In this document: piece by piece, positions 28,481-38,050 of the stretch | How the letters are laid out: each line of letters starts with the position of its first letter | How positions within the stretch are numbered: the stretch's first letter is position 1 | Assembly (NCBI GenBank): GCA_016214565.1 | Contig: JACROE010000002.1 | Coordinates: 1,048,007 to 1,112,006, forward strand | Source: Candidatus Kerfeldbacteria bacterium | Lineage (GTDB): Bacteria > Patescibacteriota > Patescibacteriia > UBA10025 > JAHIVO01 | Direction of reading: 5' to 3' | DNA length: 64,000 nt | The notes under the pieces: model-generated | What the model was told of the DNA's origin: nothing | The model's input: only the letters and a program-made list of their open reading frames with translations | Database searches by the model: none | Made by a program: the position numbers and the translations under genes

Positions 28481-29734
28481 CTATTTTTTAAGCTCTTCCT
28501 GCGCTCGGTCAAGCTGGGGATCCCGATCGTTATTATAATCCTCAGCAGACTGCTCAACGACAATATCAGGCGTAATCCCCTCCTCATCAATTGATGATCC
28601 AAGCGGGGTCAACCATTTCGACACGGTTAATTTTAGTGAAGAGCCATCGCTAAACTGCTCATAATCCTGCACAGAACCCTTGCCAAACGTTTGTGTTCCG
28701 ATAATGGTTGCCCGTTCATTATCCTGCAGCGCGCCAGCTAAAATTTCTGAAGCAGAAGCGCTTCCTTCATTTACCAAAACCACAATCGGAATGTCCGTGA
28801 GTAAACCCTGGCCTTCCGCATGATACTCCTTTCGCTCCGAACCAGAATTTTCGATCACAATAATTTCCTGCCCCGCGAAAAATTGTCCTGCTAAGTCAAC
28901 CACGGTATCCAGATACCCTCCTGGATTATTCCGAACATCAATAATAAGACCCGATGGATTCTTCAGCAGCATCTCCTGAGCGATTTGGCGAAATTCTTGA
29001 TCCGTTTCCGTATCAAAATGGGTTATCTCGACATACGCATTACCGTCATCGAGCATCTCCCAATCAATACTTTTTACGGTAATTATATCGCGGGTAATTG
29101 AAACATCACGGGGTTCATCTGAGTCCGCTGAAGCGATAGTTAAAACAACGGTGGTGCCCTGAGGGCCACGAATTAAATTAACCGCTGTATCAATACTCAT
29201 ATTAAGCGTGTCAGTACCATCAATAGCTAAAATTAAATCACGAGCCTTCAAGCCTGCATGAGCAGCAGGTGAATCTGGTAACGGTGCAATAATGGTTAAT
29301 TGGTCATTTTTTATGCCAATTTCCGTACCGATACCTTCAAAACTTCCAGACAATTCCTGATTAAACTTAGTGGTCTCATCGGGATCTAAGAAACGTGAGT
29401 ACGGATCGTCGAGTCCAGCCACCAGTCCGTGTAACGCTCCATAAAACAATTTTGTTTCATCAACCGGAGTGCCAACATATTTTGTGGTAATGGTATTCCA
29501 AACATCTTCAAATAGCTGAGGGTTAACGGATCCGCCATTAATGCTTCGATCAACTGACAATAATACTTCATCAAGCGTGATTGACCCATCGCTATTAATA
29601 TCGCGTGCCTGCTGTGCTACCCCGACCACATACCCGCCGACAGCGCAACCGGCCATGGCACCAATAACTAATAAAAAAATAACCCCTCGCAGAAACCAAT
29701 TTGGCTGATTGCCTTTATTTGTTTGATCTGACAT
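28481..29734 (-). CDS. ctpA: Carboxy-terminal processing protease (S41A, PDZ)
   Basis: N-terminal TM, DPYS, PDZ EGIG, DVRNNPGG, SASASEI, GKGSVQ. Likely start MSDQ at 29734 (track 29752). Confidence 0.93.
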   Translation of the reverse strand: MSDQTNKGNQPNWFLRGVIFLLVIGAMAGCAVGGYVVGVAQQARDINSDGSITLDEVLLSVDRSINGGSVNPQLFEDVWNTITTKYVGTPVDETKLFYGALHGLVAGLDDPYSRFLDPDETTKFNQELSGSFEGIGTEIGIKNDQLTIIAPLPDSPAAHAGLKARDLILAIDGTDTLNMSIDTAVNLIRGPQGTTVVLTIASADSDEPRDVSITRDIITVKSIDWEMLDDGNAYVEITHFDTETDQEFRQIAQEMLLKNPSGLIIDVRNNPGGYLDTVVDLAGQFFAGQEIIVIENSGSERKEYHAEGQGLLTDIPIVVLVNEGSASASEILAGALQDNERATIIGTQTFGKGSVQDYEQFSDGSSLKLTVSKWLTPLGSSIDEEGITPDIVVEQSAEDYNNDRDPQLDRAQEELKK

Positions 29735-29744
29735 GGAATAGTAA

Positions 29745-31001
29745 TTAATCAATTTTCTTAATATGCGCTCCTAATGCACAAAGACGATCAGCTAATCGTT
29801 CATACCCTCGATCAATTAATTCAGCTCGTTCAATAACACTTTTCCCTTGAGCAATAATAGCAGCAATGACCAGCGTCGCACCTGCTCGTAAATCAAGACT
29901 GGTGATTTCCTTGCCATACAACGGACTCGGGCCCTGGATCACTGCCGTATGCGGATCGCGAATGGTCATTGAGGCCCCCATTTTGCACAGTTCACGAATA
30001 TAGCCCAATCGCCCCTCAAACAATGTCTCGAAAATCGTACTCGTGCCTGTTGCCTGAGTCAACAAGACTGAAAAAGGCGCTTGTAAATCGGTAGGAAAAC
30101 CGGGATAGGGACGAGTATCTATATTTACTGCCCGAAACATAGTCGTGGGTTTAATATGAAGAGTGTCGGTTCCCTTGATTTCAAATGAGACATTTGCAGC
30201 GGCTAGCTTCTGCAACACAAGGTCAAGATGAGTGGTATTGCAATGAGTAATAGTAACATCACCTCGGCTTACTGCAGCCGCGACCGCCAGTGTGCCTGCC
30301 TCAATGCGATCAGGCAAGACGGTATGATCGACGCCCAGAAGTGAACTCACGCCATGCACCGTAATAACTGAGGTGCCAGCACCTTCGATCCGTGCACCCA
30401 TCGCATTTAACATAACTGCTAGATCTTCAATTTCAGGCTCAGACGCTGCCAATCGGATTTCAGTAGTCCCTTCGGCGCAGACCGCCGCCATGAGAACGTT
30501 TTCAGTTGCGGTAACGCTCATCTCGGGCAATACGACCCGTGTCCCACGTAATTGTTTCACTGAAAAAGTGTATAGCTCGTCTTTTTGCTCCACCGAAACT
30601 CCCAACTGCTCCAATCCACGAATATGAGTATCAATCGGCCGAGAACCAATGAGACACCCGCCCGGCTGAGGAATTCGAACATTCTTAAAGCGGGCCAACA
30701 GCGGACCAATAATCACCACCGACCCACGCAGGTGCTTTACGAGCTGTATGTCAGGTTCGGCACCGCGAACCTCCCGTGCAGAAATTGTCATCACATGATC
30801 AGTAAAATCAATCGTTGCGCCCAGCGACTCAAGAATTGATTGCATGGTATGAATATCTGAAATATCTGGCACATTACGTAATACAACGGTTTTATCGGTC
30901 AACAAAGCGGCGGCCATCATTTTCAGAGCAGCATTTTTCGCTCCGGACACTGAAATTGTCCCGTTTAATGAGGTGCTTCCTTCAATCAATAATCGCGCCA
31001 T
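29745..31001 (-). CDS. murA: UDP-GlcNAc 1-carboxyvinyltransferase
   Basis: SGAKNA, PGGCLIGSRP (Cys type), PDRIEAGT, YPGFPTDLQ, DLRAGA. Confidence 0.98.
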   Translation of the reverse strand: MARLLIEGSTSLNGTISVSGAKNAALKMMAAALLTDKTVVLRNVPDISDIHTMQSILESLGATIDFTDHVMTISAREVRGAEPDIQLVKHLRGSVVIIGPLLARFKNVRIPQPGGCLIGSRPIDTHIRGLEQLGVSVEQKDELYTFSVKQLRGTRVVLPEMSVTATENVLMAAVCAEGTTEIRLAASEPEIEDLAVMLNAMGARIEGAGTSVITVHGVSSLLGVDHTVLPDRIEAGTLAVAAAVSRGDVTITHCNTTHLDLVLQKLAAANVSFEIKGTDTLHIKPTTMFRAVNIDTRPYPGFPTDLQAPFSVLLTQATGTSTIFETLFEGRLGYIRELCKMGASMTIRDPHTAVIQGPSPLYGKEITSLDLRAGATLVIAAIIAQGKSVIERAELIDRGYERLADRLCALGAHIKKID

Positions 31002-31017
31002 GCAAATAATCTTAGCT

Positions 31018-31094
31018 ATTAATCAATCAGAAGTATAGCCAAGGCTGAGGAATTAATCAATCTATAGACGAAAAAGTGAAAATTCCGGTATACT
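31018..31094. promoter_or_regulatory. Divergent promoters for murA (-) and the PEGA gene (+)
   Basis: Minus: TTGATT (31060-55)-17 nt-TATACT (31037-32). Plus: TAGACG (31065)-18 nt-TATACT (31089-94), 6 nt before ATG 31101. Direct repeat ATTAATCAATC at 31018 and 31052. Confidence 0.65.
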
Positions 31095-31100
31095 AGCTGC

Positions 31101-32387
31101 ATGCGACTTCGCCACCGTAGAATATATTTTATCATTATGACGCTTGCCTTTTTTTTAGCGGCGCCAATTTTAATAGGTTATGGAATAGGTTGGCGATATA
31201 ATTCTACATCTCGGCATTTAGAAAAAGTTTCAGCGTTAAGCATTACTTCAACTCCACGCGGCGCGTCGGTCTATGTTAATAATGAACTTCAACAAAAACA
31301 AACGCCATTTTCAATTAATCATCTGTATGCCAGTAACTACCAGGTAAAACTCGAGAAAAGCGGATATTACGCTTGGGAAAAAAATGTGCGTACATACGCA
31401 GATCGCGTTACCCGTTTGCCCAATGCGTACCTTGTCAAAAAACAAAATTTTGAAGCGAGCATTCTTACCACCCCCATTGAATCAATGTATGTATCTCCCT
31501 CGGGCTCACGAATAATGATAGCTCATCAACTGGAGTTAACAGCTTATTTGCAAACAGGCATTCGTCAGTGGGAATACAGATTACCTGCTGAAGTCGCAGA
31601 CATTCAATGGTCGGCAGACGAATCACTGCTGTTGGTTACCACGGCTTCATCTTCCACTCCCCTGGTGATTAATTCATACGATGGCAGCCGCAGCAATTTT
31701 GCATTACCTGACACAGGTACCATATATGAATATTTCTGGTCTCAGGATGTCGGCACTATCCTCTACTGCCGAACCAATCAGGCTGTGTACGAAATAAACT
31801 TAGCCAGACAAATAACACAGCAACTCCCTGAGCCACCAATCCAAAAATATGGAGATACTTCGCTTCGAATAATGAGAGATTTGGAATTAGCGACCTGGGA
31901 AACAAGTGATGGAGAACTCATAGCGAGCTTACCAGTTCCCATTTTGCATACTTTAAAAATTGTTGCATCGGGTCATTTCTTGTTTGTTCAGGATGCAACC
32001 AATCGCTCATTATTTACGATTGATGTGCAAACACGCCAATCAAAACCACTTGGGAAAAACATTATTGCCACAATGTGGGGAGCAGAACGAAAGCAACTAT
32101 TGTATGCATCATCAAATGAACTGTGGCTCTACGACCCTCAAACCGTTACCCAAGAACTAATATTGCGTACCTCGCAGGAAATCACGAACGCTCAACTTAT
32201 GATCAATGATCAATACATTGGCTATGTGCCCGGCGGACAAAATCTTACTCTTTTTGAAATAAGCGATTTGCCTCGTAACACCTATGTTCTGCCAACAGAT
32301 AAAACAACCGGTTTGGTTACCTTGCCAAACCGAATGACGGCATATCTCAGTACTGAGACTGAAGTTTTCCCACTTGTTTTTGAGTGA
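31101..32387 (+). CDS. PEGA-domain membrane-anchored protein with beta-propeller-like C-terminus
   Basis: N-terminal TM, ITSTPRGASVYVN...TP...YQVKLEKSGYYAWEK PEGA signature, SPSG/WSAD propeller-type turns. Confidence 0.82.
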   Translation: MRLRHRRIYFIIMTLAFFLAAPILIGYGIGWRYNSTSRHLEKVSALSITSTPRGASVYVNNELQQKQTPFSINHLYASNYQVKLEKSGYYAWEKNVRTYADRVTRLPNAYLVKKQNFEASILTTPIESMYVSPSGSRIMIAHQLELTAYLQTGIRQWEYRLPAEVADIQWSADESLLLVTTASSSTPLVINSYDGSRSNFALPDTGTIYEYFWSQDVGTILYCRTNQAVYEINLARQITQQLPEPPIQKYGDTSLRIMRDLELATWETSDGELIASLPVPILHTLKIVASGHFLFVQDATNRSLFTIDVQTRQSKPLGKNIIATMWGAERKQLLYASSNELWLYDPQTVTQELILRTSQEITNAQLMINDQYIGYVPGGQNLTLFEISDLPRNTYVLPTDKTTGLVTLPNRMTAYLSTETEVFPLVFE

Positions 32388-32390
32388 TAT

Positions 32391-33116
32391 CTAGGAATCA
32401 GCTTTCTGCTGTTCACGCGCGGCGATATAATTCCCCGCCTCGAGCAGTGAATCAAAAGTACCGGCGTCAAACCATTTTCCCTCAATAACACGCACGTCAA
32501 GTTCGCCAAGCTCTAAATACCGTTTATGCAATTCCGTTATTTCAATCTCTCCGCGAGCCGAGGGGACGACTTCCTTTGCAAATTGTGAAACACGATTATC
32601 AAAAATGTAGAGCCCAGGAATAGCATAGTCGCTGATCCACTGCTGTGGCTTTTCTACAATTTGTATAACTTTTTTATGTTCATCAAACTGTACAACGCCT
32701 AAACGCTCAGGATCTGGAACTTTTTTTGCAAAAATACGGCCACCCTTCTTAAATGACTGTAGTGCCTCGGTAAAATTATCCTCAAAAATGTTGTCCCCCA
32801 ATATCATTGCCACTGAATCATTATTCAAAAAATCTTCGCCAACGATAAATGCATCAGCAAGACCTCGTGGAGTTTCTTGTATCTCATAGGTAAATTTCGC
32901 GCCAAATTCCTTGCCCGATCCGAGCAAATGCAAAAAATGACCAGCATACTCAGGCGCTACAATAATCAATATTTCTTTAATGCCTGCCTGTAGTAACGTT
33001 TCGAGCGGATAGTAAATCATCGGTTTATTATAAACCGGAAGTAGCTGTTTACTAGTTATTTTGGTGAGTGGTCGAAGCCGAGTCGCCCGGCCACCAGCTA
33101 GGATAATGCCTTTCAT
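32391..33116 (-). CDS. rmlA: Glucose-1-phosphate thymidylyltransferase, short form
   Basis: GIILAGGRATRLRPLT, KQLLPVYNKPMIYYP, LGDNIF, EKP, SARGEIEIT, WFDAGT. Confidence 0.92.
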   Translation of the reverse strand: MKGIILAGGRATRLRPLTKITSKQLLPVYNKPMIYYPLETLLQAGIKEILIIVAPEYAGHFLHLLGSGKEFGAKFTYEIQETPRGLADAFIVGEDFLNNDSVAMILGDNIFEDNFTEALQSFKKGGRIFAKKVPDPERLGVVQFDEHKKVIQIVEKPQQWISDYAIPGLYIFDNRVSQFAKEVVPSARGEIEITELHKRYLELGELDVRVIEGKWFDAGTFDSLLEAGNYIAAREQQKADS

Positions 33117-33120
33117 ACAA

Positions 33121-33681
33121 CTAAGAATTACTCATGGTAAAAGGAAATTCACGGCCGGAAAGCGGCTCTAGTGCCGCATCTTTATCTGACAAAATTGCAT
33201 CAGACATTGGCCAATCAATGTGCAACGTAGGGTCATTCCATATGATACCACTATCGTATTCTGGTGCATATGGATTGTCCACTTTGTAGAGGAATTCAGT
33301 ATGTGGCTCGAGCGTCAGAAAACCATGAGCAAAACCGCGTGGAATGTACAGCATGTTAAAATTCTCGGCTGATAATTCAAATGATTCCCATTGGCAAAAG
33401 GTTTCCGAATCTTTCCGAAGATCAACAATAACATCAAAAACTTTTCCCGCTGTTACCCGGACGAGCTTTGCTTGAGTAAACGGTGGAAGCTGAAAATGTA
33501 AACCACGGAGTATCCCGGCGGATTTTGAAAATGAATGGTTGTCTTGAACGAACGCTCGGGTGATTCCATGCCGGACAAACGTACTCTGAAAAAAAGTCTC
33601 CAAAAAAAATCCGCGTTCATCTTGAAATACTTTTGGAATGATAAGCCAGGCGTCTTTAAATTTTGTAGGTTTAAATTCCAT
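33121..33681 (-). CDS. rmlC: dTDP-4-dehydrorhamnose 3,5-epimerase
   Basis: DERGFF, QDNHS, LRGLHFQ, PRGFAHGF, LSDKD. Confidence 0.96.
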   Translation of the reverse strand: MEFKPTKFKDAWLIIPKVFQDERGFFLETFFQSTFVRHGITRAFVQDNHSFSKSAGILRGLHFQLPPFTQAKLVRVTAGKVFDVIVDLRKDSETFCQWESFELSAENFNMLYIPRGFAHGFLTLEPHTEFLYKVDNPYAPEYDSGIIWNDPTLHIDWPMSDAILSDKDAALEPLSGREFPFTMSNS

Positions 33682-34519
33682 GTGAAATGAATTCTGCTAA
33701 TGCTGTTTGCCACGATCTCATGGCCGGTAACTTGGTGTTGATTAAAATACCATAGGCGGGTCGTACCGCTGGACGGGGAAATACGCTCCCGGGCACTGCT
33801 GCCAGTTTAGCACTAACACCAGCTAATTTAAATATTTCCTGTGCAAAACCAAACCAGGTACAGGACCCGATATTTGTAACATGGTAGGTGCCAAATGGCA
33901 ACTGAGAATCTACAATATACTTACTCTGAACGGCGAGGTCTGGGGCATACGTCGGACAAGATACTTCTTCGTCAATTGCTTGAACGACCGAGTTCGTTTG
34001 GGCTCGCTCAAGTATTTTGTGCACAAAACTCTTCTTGCCAGATTCCCCAATCCCCGGCTTACCAAACAATCGGGATAATCGAATAATGTAATAGCGTTGT
34101 GTCCGCTCTCGTACTCGCTGCTCCCCTCGGTATTTTGATCGTCCATATGCTGACTGAGGGTCGGGCTGATCAGCCTCGGTATAGCCCTTTTCCTGATTGC
34201 CCCTAAAAACGTATTCCGTGCTGTAATGCACCAGAATGCCCCCCACAGCGTCTACTGCCTGGGCGAGGTATCCTGGAGCCTCCCCATTAACAAAATTAGC
34301 TATAGAGGCGCTTTTTTCAGCTCCATCAACGTCGTTATAAGCAGCGGCATTCAAAACAATGTTTGGCCTTAATTCCCGGATCTTCTGAGTAACCATAGCT
34401 TGATCCGTAATATCCAACTGTTCACGATCCCAACACTGAGGTTGCTCATTATTAAAAGCTTGAGCAAGTTCTTGCCCGAGCATGCCTTGTGCTCCAATAA
34501 TCAAAATAGTTCGTTTCAT
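33671..34519 (-). CDS. rmlD: dTDP-4-dehydrorhamnose reductase
   Basis: GAQGMLG, NAAAYNDVDGAE, STEYVF, YGRSK, PAVRP. Confidence 0.95.
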   Translation of the reverse strand: MKRTILIIGAQGMLGQELAQAFNNEQPQCWDREQLDITDQAMVTQKIRELRPNIVLNAAAYNDVDGAEKSASIANFVNGEAPGYLAQAVDAVGGILVHYSTEYVFRGNQEKGYTEADQPDPQSAYGRSKYRGEQRVRERTQRYYIIRLSRLFGKPGIGESGKKSFVHKILERAQTNSVVQAIDEEVSCPTYAPDLAVQSKYIVDSQLPFGTYHVTNIGSCTWFGFAQEIFKLAGVSAKLAAVPGSVFPRPAVRPAYGILINTKLPAMRSWQTALAEFISHGI

Positions 34520-35124
34520 GGTACCAATTTTTCAATCGAATGGTTAGTCAGAAGCTGCAACTCTTCATGGATTGCCGCCAACCGCTCAACGCTTTTGCCA
34601 TACTGAGCAAACCGATGATAAGCCCGACGAAATGATCCAATGTGCCTACCTTGTTTTGCAGAATAGGTATTTCGCGCGTCAGCATAGGCCAGAATTTTCT
34701 CCTCAATGCTCGTCGGAAAAAAATCTCTACCAATAAATTTGTATTGCTTGCACACACGTGCATCAAGACCGGTTCCACCCATGTGCACAATACATACTCG
34801 TGCGAGTTTTTCTCCATACCCTTTACGCTTCACCAATCGGTATCCGATAAACGCATGATATGTGGCGTCCATCAATTCCACAGACGCTTTGCTTCCGGTT
34901 ACCATACGGCCGATGTCGTGCACCATGCACGCCACTTTCAAAAAGTGACGGTCAACGGGGATGCCCCGTTTCGTCAAAATTTTCGCTATTCGATCAGCAA
35001 ATTTCCAATTCAATAATGAATGGCTCCAGGTATCGCGAGCTTGTTGAGGAATATGGTGTTCGCGAGCCAATCGTGTCATCCATTTTCGAATCTCTGAAAG
35101 AGATGGTACTTTAGCGCTCTTCAT
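34516..35124 (-). CDS. HD-domain phosphohydrolase (TIGR00295/HDIG-like)
   Basis: H...HDIGR...H..IG...H.G.G...P.SIEEKILAYAD pattern. Likely start MKSAK at 35124 (track 35202). Confidence 0.8.
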   Translation of the reverse strand: MKSAKVPSLSEIRKWMTRLAREHHIPQQARDTWSHSLLNWKFADRIAKILTKRGIPVDRHFLKVACMVHDIGRMVTGSKASVELMDATYHAFIGYRLVKRKGYGEKLARVCIVHMGGTGLDARVCKQYKFIGRDFFPTSIEEKILAYADARNTYSAKQGRHIGSFRRAYHRFAQYGKSVERLAAIHEELQLLTNHSIEKLVP

Positions 35125-36265
35125 ACTGGCGCCGAAAATATTCCTTAAATGCCCCTGATTTAATAGGACGCCACCAGGCTTCATGCTGCTGATACCATTC
35201 AATCATTTTTTCTAAATACACATCGAGCGAATACTCTGGCTGGTATCCTAGTTCTCGCTTTGCTTTTGTCCAATCAACGGCATAGCGACGATCATGCCCC
35301 GGACGATCCTTAACATAATAAATCCGATCTTCCCCGAGCTTCATGATCTTCAAAACGCGACGAATAAGTTCTAGATTATTAACGTCATCCTCCATGCCAC
35401 CAATACAATACGTTTCACCCACCGTGCCATTATGCAATATCATATCGATTGCCCGACAATGGTCATCGACATACAACCAATCGCGCACATACTTACCATC
35501 ACCGTAGATAGGAACCTTCTTTCCTTCAAGCAATTCTGTTATTGCCAGCGGCAGCAATTTCTCAGGAAACATATACGGTCCGTAATTATTAGAAGTATTG
35601 GAAATAGTCACCGGCAAGCCAAAACTGACGCCATAGGAGCTAGCCAGATGATCCGCCGCGGCTTTTGACGCAGAATAGGGACTTCGCGGATTATAGCGTG
35701 TCTGTTCATTAAACTTATTCGGGTCATCAAGCGTCAATGCCCCAAATACTTCATCGGTTGAAATCAAATGAAACCTTTTCCCTTGGTTGTAACTACCGTC
35801 CTGCTTTCGCCAAGCCTTAACTGCGGCTTCTAACATGATATGCGTTCCCCAGGTATTTGATAAAATGAAGTCATACGCATCAGGTCGCTCTGGACCGGCA
35901 TTTAAAACCGATCGGTCGACGTGGGATTCGGCAGCAAAATGAACAACCATATCCGCTGACGCAATCCACTGCTTGAGCATTTGAAATGCTTCACGATCAA
36001 ATCGACCGTATTCATCCTCAAACTTTGCTTTTGAATAAAGAATAGGACAAGTAATATCAAATTTATGAAATTCCAATCGAGAATCTCCCTCCAAATCTAC
36101 AAGATTTGCCGGCTTTTGTATTCCAGTCTTTTCATCAGTGTATGGGTTGCCAGCGTATGACAATTTATCCAGGTTAATGATCGAATCACCAGGATATTTC
36201 GCTAACCAATATCGAATAAAATTTGATCCAATGAATCCGGCGCCACCGGTTACTAATAATTTCAT
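35111..36265 (-). CDS. rmlB: dTDP-glucose 4,6-dehydratase
   Basis: TGGAGFIGSNF, HFAAESHVDRS, STDEVFG, PYSASKA, NNYGP, DRPGHDRRY. Confidence 0.96.
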   Translation of the reverse strand: MKLLVTGGAGFIGSNFIRYWLAKYPGDSIINLDKLSYAGNPYTDEKTGIQKPANLVDLEGDSRLEFHKFDITCPILYSKAKFEDEYGRFDREAFQMLKQWIASADMVVHFAAESHVDRSVLNAGPERPDAYDFILSNTWGTHIMLEAAVKAWRKQDGSYNQGKRFHLISTDEVFGALTLDDPNKFNEQTRYNPRSPYSASKAAADHLASSYGVSFGLPVTISNTSNNYGPYMFPEKLLPLAITELLEGKKVPIYGDGKYVRDWLYVDDHCRAIDMILHNGTVGETYCIGGMEDDVNNLELIRRVLKIMKLGEDRIYYVKDRPGHDRRYAVDWTKAKRELGYQPEYSLDVYLEKMIEWYQQHEAWWRPIKSGAFKEYFRRQYEER

Positions 36266-36813
36266 AAATGGAGAAAAATTTTAGCGCGGGTTAATGCAGC
36301 AATGCTTACAGCATCATTAATTTTTCCTGTTTGAACCCACCTGAATGCTTTTGAAAATGGAATGGTTGCTACTGACTGATCACTCTCCTCGGATATGGTT
36401 ACTGTGCCAACCTTTTTTAATTCTCGTGCTAAGAAAATACTGACAAGTTCATTCACGATCCCTGGACAGTCAGCCACGCGTCCTAATGATTTCCATGATT
36501 GTGCCACTAAACCAGCTTCTTCGCGCAATTCACGCTTGGCAGCCTGCAAGTAGGTTTCGCGTGGCTTCCGGCCACCCCAGGGCAATTCAAGTGTATACGA
36601 TGATAACGGATAGCGCCACTGCTTGACAAGATACAATTCTCCCGCCTTATTCAGGGCAACGATAATGCTCGATCCGGTCATATCGACCACCCCATAAATT
36701 CCCGATTTCCCATCCGGACGCACGACCTGATCCTCCCTAACCGAAATCCACGGATTGTGATAAACAACTCGCGAGGATTTGGTCTGCCAATGTCCTAACC
36801 GTTTAGGTGCCAA
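36262..36813 (-). CDS. Nudix hydrolase (ADP-ribose/NDP-sugar pyrophosphatase-like)
   Basis: QWRYP...LELPWGG...AAKRELREEAGL. Confidence 0.88.
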   Translation of the reverse strand: MAPKRLGHWQTKSSRVVYHNPWISVREDQVVRPDGKSGIYGVVDMTGSSIIVALNKAGELYLVKQWRYPLSSYTLELPWGGRKPRETYLQAAKRELREEAGLVAQSWKSLGRVADCPGIVNELVSIFLARELKKVGTVTISEESDQSVATIPFSKAFRWVQTGKINDAVSIAALTRAKIFLHL

Positions 36814-38050
36814 GTTCCCAACTGGATAAATATTTCTTTTGCTCAGGAGTCAATTGATCTAAAGTAATGCCCATGCTCTTCAATTTCATAGCGGCAATTT
36901 TTTCATCCAAATGTTTTGGAACCGGGTACACGCTGACTGGAATATTTTTGTAAAATCGAACCAGATATTCCACTGACAATGCTTGATTGGCAAAACTCAT
37001 GTCCATCACCGATGCCGGGTGGCCGTCACCAGCCGCCAAATTAATCAGACGACCATCGGCCAAAATATGAATGCGGCGTTTATTGGGCAAGGTATACTCC
37101 ATGACCTGATGCCGCACTTCAGTTTGCTTTTTACTTATCTTCTTCAAACCAGGCAAATCAATTTCGACATTGAAGTGTCCAGAATTACATACAATAGAAT
37201 TGTCTTTCATCTTACGAAAATGTTCTGGTCGAATCACATTAATATCGCCCGTCAACGTGATAAAAATATCACCAAGCGATGCGGCTCGACTCATGGGCAT
37301 TACCTGAAAACCATCCATCACCGCCTCAATTCCTTTGACTGGATCGATCTCAGTCACGATCACATGTGCGCCCATGCCTTTTGCGCGCATTGCCGCACCC
37401 CGACCACACCAACCATAGCCAGCGATCACGACCGTTCGTCCGGCAAAGAGAACATTGGTGGCACGGATTATCCCGTCAATCGTTGACTGGCCAGTGCCAT
37501 AGCGATTGTCGAAAAGGTGTTTTGTTTTGGCGTCGTTAACCGCAATAATCGGATAGCGTAAAACTTTATGCGCAGCCATACTTTTCAGACGAATAACCCC
37601 GGTGGTTGTCTCTTCAGTACCTGCCCAGATCTGTGGTAATTGATTTTTTCGTTTTTTATGGAGCTCAGACACCAAATCAGCTCCATCATCCATGGTGATC
37701 TGTGGCTTAAAATCAAGTGCTTGATTGATATGTCGAAAATATTCTGCGTGTGATGCGCCATAACGTGCGTACACCGGAATATCGTATTCTTTCTGAAGTG
37801 CTGCCACTACATCATCTTGGGTTGATAAAGGATTTGAAGCCGCCAAGACAACGCGCGCACCTCCGGCTTTCAGGGTAATCATAAGATTTGCCGTTTCTGT
37901 CGTGACGTGCAAACAGGCGGCGATTCGAATATTGCGCAAGGGTTTCCGCTTGCTGAAGTCCTGACGGATAGTGCGAAGCACATTCATGTCTCGTTCTGCC
38001 CAGGTGATACGATTAATTCCTAATTTAAGCTGCTTCCTCGGTGTCGTCAT
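36803..38050 (-). CDS. ahcY: Adenosylhomocysteinase (SAH hydrolase)
   Basis: ACLHVT, SNPLSTQD, DDGAD, EETTTG, KHLFDNRYGTGQS, GYGWCGRG, GHPASVMDMSFANQ. Confidence 0.98.
   Translation of the reverse strand: MTTPRKQLKLGINRITWAERDMNVLRTIRQDFSKRKPLRNIRIAACLHVTTETANLMITLKAGGARVVLAASNPLSTQDDVVAALQKEYDIPVYARYGASHAEYFRHINQALDFKPQITMDDGADLVSELHKKRKNQLPQIWAGTEETTTGVIRLKSMAAHKVLRYPIIAVNDAKTKHLFDNRYGTGQSTIDGIIRATNVLFAGRTVVIAGYGWCGRGAAMRAKGMGAHVIVTEIDPVKGIEAVMDGFQVMPMSRAASLGDIFITLTGDINVIRPEHFRKMKDNSIVCNSGHFNVEIDLPGLKKISKKQTEVRHQVMEYTLPNKRRIHILADGRLINLAAGDGHPASVMDMSFANQALSVEYLVRFYKNIPVSVYPVPKHLDEKIAAMKLKSMGITLDQLTPEQKKYLSSWELGT

Noticed and set aside
35125-35202. Long gene overlaps implied by the ORF track (HD/rmlB, Kef/DUF5654, methyltransferase/GT4, epimerase/Gfo)
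   Set aside because: Downstream ATGs give short or no overlaps and family-typical N-termini.
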